Positions 1 to 11,694 of a stretch of 64,000 nucleotides of DNA are shown here, piece by piece. The stretch lies in the NCBI RefSeq assembly GCF_009834535.1, contig NC_045696.1, positions 9,054,001-9,118,000 of the forward strand, read 5' to 3'. The notes under the pieces were generated by a model. That model was not told where the DNA came from, did not search any database, and worked only from the letters and a program-made list of their open reading frames with translations. Source of the DNA: Camelus ferus. Taxonomy: Eukaryota. Made by a program: the position numbers and the translations under genes. The first letter of the stretch is position 1, and each line of letters opens with the position of its first letter.

Positions 1-1516
1 CCTTACCTAATCTCCGTGGCCTGTCTTTGCATAATCATTATGAGCTTATAATAGAAATCGTTTTGTCTGGGTGTAGTGGAAAACACCAGTTTAAACAGGA
101 TGTTGGAGATCAGGACGACTGACCCAGAACACGGGCCAGGGCAGACATGAAAGCGCGAGAGTTTTCATTCACCAAGGTTTCCGGGGACCAGCTCTTTCTC
201 AGCCCAAACAGAGTCACGCACAGGCAGGCCCGCGCTCCCACACGGCTCCCGGGGTGGAGGCGATGGCTTTGAATGTCCTGCCGAGCTGCAGCCTCCGTGG
301 ACCGCAGCCGCGAGCAGGGCTGGGAGTAATTACCGGTGGAAGAGCGTATTCCTCTGCGAGGCGAGCCCTTCTGCCAGCTACCCCCCGAAAGAGCGTGGGG
401 GAGAGCACCGGCCGCCCCACGCCTACTTGTTTTCTTTCCCTTCAGTGGGACAGTTTCAACTGATTTTGATTACCCTGGCGCCAAATAAATGAAAACATTT
501 CATAGACGTATAATCATCCATCACTGTGAAGAAAGGAAAAATGTTTCATGTTCAGTATGTTTATAAATACACTTAATGAGAAAAGGACAGTGCTGTCTTT
601 CCTCCACGGCATCGCTGCTGCTGTTGACCAGATCGCCCTGCTCTCGGATTCCGCGCCCCAGAGCCCCCGCCGCCCGGCCCCAGGACAGCTCACCCCGACA
701 GCACGATGGCGCTCAAAGTAAGTCAAGAGAGAGACCGGTTTCTCCAAGGCCACCTTCTAAACTGTAGCCCCGCTGCCCAGACAGGAGAGGGACGTGGAGC
801 CGGGAAGAGGTAAGTGGCTTGTACGTTAGGACGGTAAAAACCAGCCTTTTTATTCCCCCTCATCTGGCTTAAGGCAGCCCAGCGAAAGAAGCAGCACCGT
901 TTCAAAGGAATGGACGATCATAGGTGCAGAATGCCTGCAGCCCTTGCCTTGGGTTTGGCTTTAAATGACTGGCAGGTGGAACCTCATACAGTGTGTGGGT
1001 TTCCTCAATGCCAAGAAGGAGGAGGAAGAAAACGTGTTGTGGGTTTGCATGTCCCCCTGGTCTACACACAATGTGCAATGCCACTGAAGGTAATTTGGGG
1101 TTAGGATTTATATATGCAGTGATAAATCTTTTGTAGATTGAAATCCGGAGCTAACAAATTCTCTCTAATTTCTCTCTCCCTTCCCCGCACGGCCTTTTAA
1201 TTTGGGGTTCCACATGCTCTCAGGCACCATCAAAGCCCGTGGGCACCCCCAGGGGCCTCGGTTGCTGACTCAGAGATCTAAAAGTGTAGAGGAACAATGC
1301 GGGCTGTGCCGTACACATATGCAATCAGTTTGGGTCCTCTTTCCCCTAAATGTCATTTCTTGCAATGTGTTAAATATTTGCATTTGTACTTGGCTCATAA
1401 GCAAGGCCAGATCCCTGGGGTACGTAAGTGACTCCCAATGAATCATTTATGCAAAATGCATCTCCAGTTTCATCATAGGGGGTGTCACAAAATGGGGAAA
1501 TCCTTCCATTCAAATA

Positions 1517-1687
1517 CAATTGCCCAGCCCTCTGAATCTTTACCCTCGGATTTCACATCCGTGCATACAGAGGGCCAATTGTATGCACTGAATCGGGCCC
1601 GTTTCATAAGGAGCTTGAGCATCTGTGGATTTGGTTGTCCCTGGGGGCTCCTGGAACCAATCACCTTTGGATACAGAAGGATGACTG
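1517..1687 (-). mobile_element. TcMar-Tigger MITE (MER2-like)
   Basis: TTGAGCATCTGTGGATTTGG...CCTGGAACCAATCACC...GGATACAGAAGGATGACTG-TA resembles the reverse complement of the MER2 5' end. TA dinucleotides flank the TIR-like ends. Confidence 0.7.
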
Positions 1688-2406
1688 TACTCCAAAGTAC
1701 GCTGTTTTCAATATTATCAAAGGTAATTTCTCACTTCAGGAGGGGCCATAAAAATCATCCCACACAGCAATAAAGAGAGAAGGCCCCATCAGGCTGTGAC
1801 ATCGCAAAGTCTGGAAGAGAAGAAGTTGTGACTGTATTTTTTTTTTTTGAGAGCTTATTAATCCTTCAAGCAGAAACAAATGGAGAAGTTGAGGGTTCTG
1901 GGTGTCACCCTCCTTTGGTGAGGGAGCCACCCGGGGCAGGAGGAAATTCTGCACTTCCAGAAGGTGAGGGTTACAGCAGCGTACTTAAGACTTTCCTAAA
2001 TTTCAGGTGAGCTCCCATGATGCCTTGCACACCAGGTAGGACCTTCCCTGATTCTCAGGATGTCTCAGATCCAGTCTTGGAGTAAAGTAAGAAAAACATT
2101 GCTTGCAGGGATTTATACAATCTTTGTATGTACTATTCAGAATCTGTCAATCTGATTTAGAATTGCAGGAAGGCTTTCTAACCTCAGATGAAATAACAGA
2201 AACGATGAATCATACATACACTGAGATTTATAATATACAAGACAATCCAGGGTAGATTATTCCATTGGATTTTCAGAACAACATTGAGGATCAAGGACAT
2301 GAGATGGCATGATATGTTCATGCCCCAGACCTTGAACCAGCTGCTTCACCCTTTCCTCTCTTCCCACTTCATGACAGCATTCTGGTTCATTTTTATTCAT
2401 TCTAGT

Positions 2407-2907
2407 TGTGGCAGATTGCTTTCAAAAATAGCCACAGTTCTTCACCCCTCCTTGTATACTTGTCCTTTATAATCTGACTTGCAGTTCTTCCCATCAAGAG
2501 ATGCAGTCTAGGATAAAGAAGTTGTGGTATAGCCATACACAATGGAATACTACTCAGCTATAAAGAAGAATAAAATAATGCCATTTGCAGCAACATGGAT
2601 GGAACTGGTGATTATCATACTAAGCGAATTAAGCCAGAAAGAGAAAGGAAAATACCATATGATAGCACTTACACACGGAATCTAAAAAAATGATACAAAT
2701 GAACTTATTTATAAAACCGAGACAGACTCACAGACATAGAAAACAAACTTATGGTCACCAGAGGGGAAAGGGGGTAGAGAGGGATAAATTGGGAGTTTGG
2801 GATTTATGGATGCTAACTATTATATATAGAATAGATTTTTAAAAAAAAGGTCCTACTGTATAGCACTGGGAACTATATCAATACCTTGTAATAGCCTATA
2901 ATGAAGA

Positions 2908-2949
<42 letters not shown>

Positions 2950-3482
2950 ATATATACACATATATATATATGAATCACTATGCTGTATACCAGAAATTAA
3001 CACAACACTGTAACTTGACTACATACATCAAGTTAAAAAAACAATAAAATAAAGAGATGCAGTCTACTTTCCTATCCCTTGAATGGGGCTTGGCCAGGTC
3101 ACTCGCTTTGGCCAATAGAATGCAGCAGAACTGACAACTTGTCAGTTGCAAGCTTAGACCTGTAGAGGCTATCTGTGTTTTTGCTCACTCTCTGTCACTC
3201 TACCTCCATGAGAACCTGCCTGGGCTGGTGTCGGGAGGATGGAGACCACACAGAAGACAGGCCAGCTATCCCAGCTGAGGCTATCCTAGATTAGCCAGCT
3301 CCCAACAAGTAAGAGAGCCCAGCCCAGCCCAGTAGAGCTGCCAAACCAACCTGCAGCTGACTGAAGACGCGTAAGTGAGTGAGCCTGGACCCAAGAGCAG
3401 TAACAAGTGTTCACTGGCAAATGCACTAAGATTGGCGGATGTTTTTAATTCTGTGTGATTGTGGCCATAGGTAACTGACACA
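2407..3482 (+). mobile_element. MaLR LTR (MLT1 family), interrupted by a younger L1
   Basis: Begins TGTGGCAGATTG...CAAAAATAGCCACA and ends GCCATAGGTAACTGACACA. The sequence resumes seamlessly after the L1 target-site duplication. Confidence 0.75.
2511..3051 (+). mobile_element. 5'-truncated L1 (ORF2 C-terminus + 3'UTR + A-rich tail), artiodactyl type
   Basis: ATGGAATACTACTCAGC...ATGCCATTTGCAGCAACATGGATG is the ORF2 end. Internal (TA)n(TG)n and an A-rich tail. Perfect 15-bp TSD AAGAGATGCAGTCTA at 2496-2510 and 3052-3066. Confidence 0.95.
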
Positions 3483-4164
3483 TTGGTCAACAAAAGGGGA
3501 TGGGCCCCTACCACCTTCTCAGTTCTAGAGGTGCCATAGCCATGATGAGGACATGCCCTTTGCCCTCCAAACATCACAGTCTGTCAGGAAAGAGAAGGTG
3601 TGGGCATTAAACTCTGTCATCTAGGGTGGGACACGGTAGTCATTTCATGAGTGGTTAAAAAGTACCCAAGGTATTTGGAAGAAGGAAAGATTTAATGGTC
3701 ATTTTGAATTACTTCACAGACAATCTAGTTAACTGCTAAATCATCCCCTTCCCTTCTTGCACAAAATCTTAAATGACCTAAATGCATCCTACATTTTATA
3801 AAGACACAGATAAATGCAGGCCCAGGCATGGTCAATTTATATTATCCTTCAAAAACGCTATTTAAATCTCCAAACAGAATTTATGACCCCTCTGTAGTAT
3901 AACTGAACATCTTATAAATAATGCATATTGTGGAGACAAGAAAAGCAGTAAAATTTTGGGAACTACCTCCTAACAAACCTCCGAAATTTAGAGAAAATAT
4001 TTCTACTAACCTCAAGCAAAGGATCCCAGTGCTGGTGCACAAAGTATGTGAAATTAGAATTTCTGTTGAAACAAATCTCCTTTTTTTAAAATCTTAGATG
4101 ATTCTTGGATTTGGTATAAAAACAAAGAGTAAGGTAAAAGCATGGAATACTCAGCAGTGTTTTG

Positions 4165-4380
4165 TAGTGATGACTTGTGCAGAATTTGGAGCCAGACTAC
4201 CTAGATTTGAAACGCTGGTTCCCCCACTTTCTACCTGTGTGGCCTTGGAAATTACTTAGTCTTTTTATGCCTCAGTTTTCTCATCTGTAAAATGGGGGTA
4301 AATATGGGGTTGTGAGAATTAAATGAGTGTAAAGCACTTAACGGGGGGTCAACCACTAGTATAATTAGCAAACGCTTAAT
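4165..4380 (+). mobile_element. MIR SINE
   Basis: Core GCCTCAGTTTTCTCATCTGTAAAATGGG plus TTGTGAGAATTAAATGAG...AAAGCACTTA. Confidence 0.85.
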
Positions 4381-6323
4381 GAATCAAGATAACACATGTC
4401 ACGTGTCATATATCATGTAATGTCAAAAACAAATCAAATGTTTTCCTGTAATTTTTTCATTTTAATTTTTTTTAAAAGGGAGTACTTTTAAGTTACCAAG
4501 ATGATTAATTTGACAATTGAAATAAATAAGATCATTCTTTTCCTTTTCTATCCATAAAGTGAGGACTTTCCAAGTGAAAAAATGGTCATAGGGAAGAAAA
4601 AAATATTTCTTGTTACTTGTATTATTTTATATCTTTTTAGTTTAGCTCCTTGCTTTGGTTGGGATGCAAACTCCATTTGCCCATTATTTATATGAAACGT
4701 TAAGTTTATTTGTTTTAGAGTTTAGACTCATTAAAAGATTTTAGAACTTATAAATGCAGAGTCATTTGACAATTAATAAGATATGTGATACATGCAGGAT
4801 CCTAGAAAAAGTGCAAATGTGCTCAAGTTTAAGGAATTCCACTCCCCTACTCCTGGACCCCAGTGTGCATAATTTCCCAAGTGCAAGTAATGGGGAAAAA
4901 AAAGTAGACGATTGAGCACATTATCCAGAAAGTTCTGGCCAGACACTAATGTAAATCAGAAATATGTTTGCAGTGTTTATCACCTGGATTTTTTGGAAGG
5001 AAAACATCAGGAGCAAATAAAACAAACAAACAAACAAACAAAAAATAACATTATCTTCTTCTCCAAAGCAGTCAGACAGCATCTGTCCAAAGTTCACATC
5101 TATAATCTCTATTCTAGACTGCCTTTCTCCAGAACTTAAATGGGACAGGCATTTTTGTCTATTCAGCTCACTCAAACAGTACCTGGCACCCAGAATGTGT
5201 TGAATAAATGCTTCTTGAATGGATGGAAAGTTTAGTCCCTAAGCCATGAAATAGAAGATGATGTTTTCAAGTGTCTCTCCCCACCCTCACCTCTCACCCT
5301 CCACTTTCTAATGTCCCTTTGTGATTTTTCTGTCAAAACCATACCTGCAGGGGTAAAAAGAGATCCATTTTTCCTTCGAACCGTTGTGCCTTGATGTGTT
5401 TCCTAGAAGACAAGCTAATTAAGCCCCACCTCTTTCCCCTATTAAATAGTTGTCCCCACATCTTGCACGGCCTGTACCACCTGTTTACTCAAAAGCAATC
5501 AGGAGAGAACCTTCCTAAGTTCCCCATCTTTGGCAGCACTGGAATCCACTGTCCCAGGACAGAAGCAGGAGGGAGTCCTAGACTCGGAGCCACTGAACCT
5601 GGCCACTGAAAGGGCCCCCAGTGCCACGAGGAAGGTCGGACGCCCCATCCTCGGCTGTTTTGCTGTTTGCACATTTGCTGCCTTCCCGCAGTGGTTGGTA
5701 ATTGCTGGGTTCACTGTGTGCCTTTGGTCTCTCAGGTGTATTTCCTAAGCCAACATAAAAGGAAAATGATAAGGGCCAGCACACGGGGGTGTTTATGTTT
5801 TCAGCTCTAGCCAATTGCTTGAGACCAAAAACAAAAGTTAGTGCAGATGTAAGGGTTCAAGATTATGCCGCTGTCTGCAATGGAAACCCACGCCTCTCCT
5901 TGCAGGACGTGCCCAGCTCCCAGCTGTCGTCCACCTCCCTGTAGCGGAGCCGCTACCCAGCAATTAGCACGCCCGGGCTCTCCTTTGGAAAAGGAGCGCA
6001 GATGAACAATGCCAAGGCGAGTCATCCTGGACAAGAAAGCAGGTGAGTCCAGCATGGAAAAAACAAGGTAAATGATCCCTTTGGCCATTATTTCTCTGCT
6101 GTTGGACAAACCACTAGCAAGGTGAGCCTGGTATTAAACATTCCTCCTGGCCGTTGAAAGGGCTGCAAGAAAAGGGGGAAATGAAAATCCACTCCAGCCT
6201 GCCGTGATTGAAGTCTCCCGGAGTGCTCTATTATCTTCTCCTGTATGTGTAAATTTACTCCAAAGCTGCCTCCTTCTTAGGTGATATGTATTCATATCCA
6301 CATCTTACATCTTGGCCGTCGAT

Positions 6324-6513
6324 GAGGACTGCCAGATAAAATACAGGACACTCAGTTAAATTTGAATGTCAGTTAAACAGTGAATAATTCTTTATTATAA
6401 GTATGTCCCATGCAATATTTGAGACATTAAACACTCACTCATTTTTTTTCTCTAAAATTCAAAGATAACAATGCATCCTTTTTTGTTTTGTTTTGCTAAA
6501 ACTGGCAACCCTC
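6324..6513. mobile_element. MER53 palindromic hAT MITE
   Basis: TGCCAGATAAAATACAGGACACTCAGTTAAATTTGAAT...TAAGTATGTCCCATGCAATATTTGAGACAT...TTTTGCTAAAACTGGCAACCCT. Confidence 0.85.
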
Positions 6514-7703
6514 CCCTCATTTCATCATGGAAGCGTGTCCTCAGTAGAGATAAACTTGAACTTGAAAGTAAATGATAAGCCAAAAATATGTTACTCCAAT
6601 AAGGTTAGGGCTTGAAATATAGTGAAATCACTTAATTGTTCCAAATGTTTTCAGTTCATCCTTAAAGAGAGAATGAGAACCATTTATTTGTTGGGTGAGG
6701 GATATGAATAATGATGGAAATCTTGGCTTTAAAAGATGTGTATTTTAATAGGTGAAGCGTTCTGAATCTGAAGGAATTCATCACCTCCTTCTCACCACCT
6801 TAATAACTAGGTCCTAGGTAGTCCAGGGACCGCACAGCACAGGAAACATGGAGTCATACCTCTATCTTTTATTGTCAGTTTCCATTGGCATCTCTGAAAA
6901 GGGTGCACTGGGAGGCATGCCAATTCAAAAAGAATAAAACAATTTAGTCAGCATGTTTCCATGGATTCATCTGTTTGACCTGGGAGCTAGAAGCCTACAA
7001 GGCTGTTGGGTGAACCTTTGAGTAGATCCAAGGAAAAGATAAGTATTGTATGGGATTAATCACAAGTGGCAACATATTTATCGTTTGGGCATCAAACAAG
7101 ATAATCACTGCATATTAAGATGCTGCACCCAAACGATTAATCATTGACTTGTCGTTAAGTCAGTTTCCTACCCTCCATCTGCCCTTTGTGTGGTCTGCTA
7201 ACTAAGGGAACAGGGAATATGTTACTCACATATTGGCTCACACATTGGTGCCAAGGGAGTGCAGATCATAAAGTGAAATCAGTATTTCAGATTCAAGTGT
7301 GTGTGGATGTATGTGTATGTGTATATATGAAGGTGTGGGTCTATATAGTTTTTGAAGCAAAATTACAAGCTAACTTATTACAAATAACATATTCCAGAAA
7401 AAAATCTTAAATTTTATTTTTCTCAATTTAAGATAGAACTCTAGATTCTTCTATAAGCAGGGAAAAAAAATAGAATACCATGTAAGGTGCAGCCAAAGTC
7501 AGAAACTTCCTGAAGAATCATTTTTCTGGGTAGTCTTCTGATTTCTTCCAATTATCAGAGAAATAATAAAGATTTAGTCAGTGCCTATCCAATAATAAGT
7601 ACTGTATTAATTGTGTTGCACATAGAATTAAATGGAACTTCTCCAGAGTCTCAAGCCATAAGATACACAGCACTGACCCAATCACCTAAAGGCAGTAACC
7701 ATG

Positions 7704-8198
7704 CAGGCAGACCACAGAGATGCTGCAGCTTCAGTTCCAGACCACAGCAATAAATTAATAGTCACAATAAAGTGAGTCACCTGAATTTTTTGTTTTCCTA
7801 ATATGTATTTAAAAGTGATGCTTACCCTATACGGTAATCTGTTAAGTGTAAAACAGCTCTATGCCTAAAAAAACAATGTACATACCCTAACTAAAAATAC
7901 TTTATTGCTAAAAAATGCTGACGAGCATCTGAGCCTTCAGAGAGTCGTAAAGGTTTTGCAAGAGTAACATCAAAGATCACCGATCACAGATCACCATAAC
8001 GAACATAATAATAGGTTTGAAAGATGGTGAGAATCACTGAAACATGACGCAGAGACACAAAGCGAGCAAATGCCGTTGGAAAAATGGCGCCTTTTTAGAC
8101 TTGCTGGACACAGGGTTGCCTCAAACTTTCAGTCTGTGCAAAACTGAAGTATCTAATAAGTGCGCTCAGTGGAAGCACGATACAGGGAGGTATGCCTG
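7704..8198 (-). mobile_element. Tigger1-derived internally deleted DNA transposon
   Basis: CAGGCAGACC...TCAGTTCCAGACCACAGCAATAAA at the left end and GAGGTATGCCTG-TA at the right end, matching Tigger1 TIRs. Confidence 0.85.
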
Positions 8199-8392
8199 TA
8201 CAAATCTGGGATGTATTTATTTTAAACCGGCTAACCCAGCGTTGCTAAGGGAGATAAACAATCATAAATGAATAAATCCCACTGCTACCCACCCTGAAGC
8301 TTTGTGAACCGACACACAGGAGTCCCACCATGGATATAGTCAGCTATTTTGGACACAAAGAGCTCACTGGATCCAATCATAAAAACCACTTG

Positions 8393-8855
8393 ATTTTTCT
8401 TTATTGTGGTAAAATATACATATTTATCATTTTAACCATTCAAAAGTGTACACTTCAGTGGCATGAACCATCATACTTATAATGTTGTGCAGTCATCACC
8501 CCATCCATCTCCAGGATTGTTCATTGTCCCGAGCTGAAACTCTGTACCCATTAAACAATGACTCCTCAGTCCCCCTTGCTCTCAGCCCCTGGTAACTACT
8601 ACTGTACTTTCTGCCTCTAAATTTGTCTACTCCAGGCACTTCACGTAAGTGGAATCATATGATACTGGTCGTTCTGTGTCTGTGTCTGACTTATTTCAGT
8701 TAGCATGATGTTTCCAAGGTCCATCTGTATTGTAATACATATCAAGATGTCATTCCTTTTTATGACAGAATACCATTCTGTTGTCTGGATAGACCACAGT
8801 TTGTTTATCCATTCATCCATTGATAGACACTTTGGGTTATTTCCACCTTTTGGAA
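8393..8855 (-). mobile_element. Older L1 (L1M-type) 3' fragment
   Basis: The minus-strand translation NPKCLSMDEWINKLWSIQTTEWYSVIKRNDIL...NIMLTEISQ is a decayed L1 ORF2 C-terminus. Typical 3'UTR end TTTATTGTGGTAAAATATACATA. Confidence 0.9.
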
Positions 8856-9549
8856 AGCCACTTGAGTTTCGTCTTTCACTCCCTCTCTGAAAAGTCACTT
8901 CATTTGCCCCAGGACAGCCCATCTTAAACACACCCTCAAAAATCTAGCCATTTCATAGACTACAGCAACAAACAATACCCCAAATCTTTCTCTCTTTAGA
9001 TGGACTTTCTCTCCATTCTCACAATAGATGCTCTATAGACATTTTTTGAATTGAACTGAAAAAGAAAAAGCCATATAACCAACTTAGATACACTTGGACA
9101 AACATAAACATGTAATAATTAATTTTATGTAAGCTTTTTATTGGAGCAAAAGAGGAGCTGCTTGTCTGCAGACCAGCAAAACTGGATGTCACTCTTCTGT
9201 TTAGTCTGAAGAGGAATAGATTTCAAGTGGCTCCTTCTTGTGAAATCTGTTGACCTTTCATTGTTTTTTGTTTTTCTGGTCTCTCTCTTTCTAGCATCTA
9301 ACTCTATTTCCCACCCATCCTTTGAAAGCTCTTCCTCCTTTGGCTTACACCGAGCTTCCTTTTTCTCTGTTTTAGTTCTCTCACCATCCTTCCATGGACT
9401 CCTGCCTCCTTCCACTTCCTTCTTGTATGGAGTCCCCATCTTCAGCTTTTCTATTTTCTTTCACTTTGAAAATTAATGATTCTGCTTGTTATCTCAGCCA
9501 GCAGCTCAGTGCAGCTGCTTTCTGCATCTGCCTCTTCCACAACAAAAAC

Positions 9550-9985
9550 CACTGCCACACTTATGAAATTTTACAAACCACCCCCTAAACTATGGTTTCT
9601 AACAACCACTGTGTGTTACTGCTAACACATCTATGGGAAGTCTAGGCAATTCTGCTGGTCATGGTTGGGTCTGGCTGGTCAGTTCTTCTGGGTTAGGCTT
9701 GTTAAGTGTCTGAGGGTCAGCTGGCTACTGGCTAATGTAGGGTGGCCTCAACTGGGACAATGACAGTCTTCCATGTATCTCACCCTCCAGTGCACCTGCC
9801 TAGGTACATTCAAGGATGCAAGCATTTTCCTAAGCCACTGCTTCCATCAAGTTGGTCCCATTGGCCAAAGCAAATCATAAGGCTGAGCTCAGGGTCAGAA
9901 TGGGAGGGGGACCACAGTTACAGGGCAAAATGTGTGGTTACAGGAGGAATGAAAACTGAGGCTGTTAATGCAGTCAGCCTAGCAC
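9550..9985 (-). mobile_element. Old MLT1 (MaLR) LTR
   Basis: ACAAACCACCCCCTAAACT...AACAACC...CCCATTGGCCAAAGCAAATCATAAGGCTGAGCTCAG. Confidence 0.6.
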
Positions 9986-10096
9986 AGTCCTGTTGCCCTG
10001 TATCCACACTACCCATAGCCTTAGTTAAGATGCTTGCTACCCTGTAGCTGAAGTGTCCCAGCTTGATTCCCCCGCCTCCTGTCTTAATACAGCCTC

Positions 10097-10480
10097 ATCT
10101 ATCCATCTATCCATCTATCTGTCCATCAGTCCACCCATTCATTCATTCATTCAGAAAGTTTCTACACCCCAAGCACAGTGATAGATGCTGGAGGCACAAT
10201 AATGACCAACCATAGCCAAGACCCTGCTCTCAAGAGTTGGCAGATGAACCAAATAACCAGAGGTACCACTGCCAGATCAATTTGCTGAAATCTCCAATTC
10301 CATCCCATCACTTTCCTGGTCTAAAGCTTTTGACAGCTCCCCATCATGTAAAGAACGAAAGCAAATTCCTTATCCTGGCCTTTGAGGTCCTCCTGTACTT
10401 GGCACAAGTTTTTTCTTTCTAAATGGGTCCTTCTCTGATCCCCATCGTCAACTCTTCTCTTCCTGCCAGGCTGGGCTGCT
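10097..10480. mobile_element. L2 fragments with (ATCC)n/(ATTC)n tail
   Basis: CATTCATTCATTCA tail, ACCCTGCTCTCAAGAG, and AAATTCCTTATCCTGGCCTTTGAGGTCCTCC L2-like motifs. Confidence 0.6.
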
Positions 10481-10723
10481 CACTATCTCCCAAGCAGATG
10501 AGTTTATTTCTGATCTGCCTTTGGCCTCAGAGCTCTGCCCCATCTGTCCTTTTATCTGTCAAAAATGTACGTGTCCAGTGAAACAAAATGAAATGCATAT
10601 CTGCCAAGGTCCAGCTCAGGACTCCACTATTCTGTGCTTATAGACTTCTCAGTCACACAATTTCTCACTGACTCAGACGCCACCCTCTGCCCAGCCCGTG
10701 GTCTCTGATCAGTTTTGTGAGCC

Positions 10724-10873
10724 CAGGGTCTGAGCTAGGGTGAGACAGAGAGGCCCCTAGAGTGCAAAATGTAAGGAGGCACTCACTCTGAGGGTCATGC
10801 ACCTCCAGAGTCAGTGCTTCCTTACATATTGCATCCTGGGAGCCTCACTCTGCTCTCCTCAGTCTCAGCCCTG
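10724..10873. mobile_element. MER96-like hAT-Tip100 palindromic MITE
   Basis: CAGGG...CTAGGGTGAG...GTGCAAAATGTAAGGAGGCACTCACTCT...GTGCTTCCTTACATATTGCA...CAGCCCTG, internally self-complementary. Confidence 0.8.
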
Positions 10874-11200
10874 GCCAGACCCGTCATTTTGATATTTGTT
10901 ATTCATTTCATTTCTTATGTGAATGGTTCATAAGATTGTAAACCTTCTTCTGAGCACGACCAAGTCGACCTCGCCTGAGGATAGGAAATACTCAGTGAAG
11001 TAACTGAGTTGCAGGTTAGTCAGGGAGAGTGGAGTGTTCCCGATCTTTGGGGAAGCCCAGAGAAAAGACTGGAAGAGACAAAGAATGAAGGGGATAAAGG
11101 AGGAATTGGAGAATTCTGCCAAAGGTTAAGACAAGTGAATCCATGTTGTGATAACAAGAATTAAAGGAAAGCAACACTGCTATGAAATACAGGATATTGG

Positions 11201-11694
11201 TCCTTATGCCTACATTAATATAATTGTCTGTGAAAAAACTTTCAGGGAACATGCACTTTACCAAATTTTGCTGTGATATAGGACATCCTTGAGAGATGTG
11301 CCGCTCACTGGAGGCAGAGAAGCAGAAAAATCATGAGCCTGAGCAGGGTGATGGGGAGGGGTGGGACCCATATGTAAATTCATACAGTTGGAAATAGCTC
11401 ACATAGATGGAGAGACCTGAATTTTTGAGTGAGGATAAAGCTAAATACATACACACACACATACGTACGTTCATGGCTGTGGCCATGTCCAAGGTAGGGG
11501 ACAGAGAGAAAGGAGGCCCATCATGTCATGGAAATGTTGTCATTTAAAAAGACCAGTCAGAAGGGCAGTGATGGATTCCTTAACAAAGACAAAGGCACAG
11601 CAGGAAAAGGTTAAAGTTCACCTGCAAAATTTGGCAAAGTGTATATTCCCTGAAAGTCTTTTCGTTGGCAATGATATTAATGTAGACATAAGGA
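11201..11694. repeat. Long inverted repeat with 71-bp arms (11201-11271 and 11624-11694)
   Basis: Manual ungapped alignment of arm 1 to the reverse complement of arm 2 gives 61/71 identities, with a 352-bp spacer. Confidence 0.9.

Noticed and set aside
8641..8931. ORF resembling a real protein (DEWINKLW...WYSVIKRN)
   Set aside because: It is the decayed C-terminus of L1 ORF2 in a truncated element, not a host gene.
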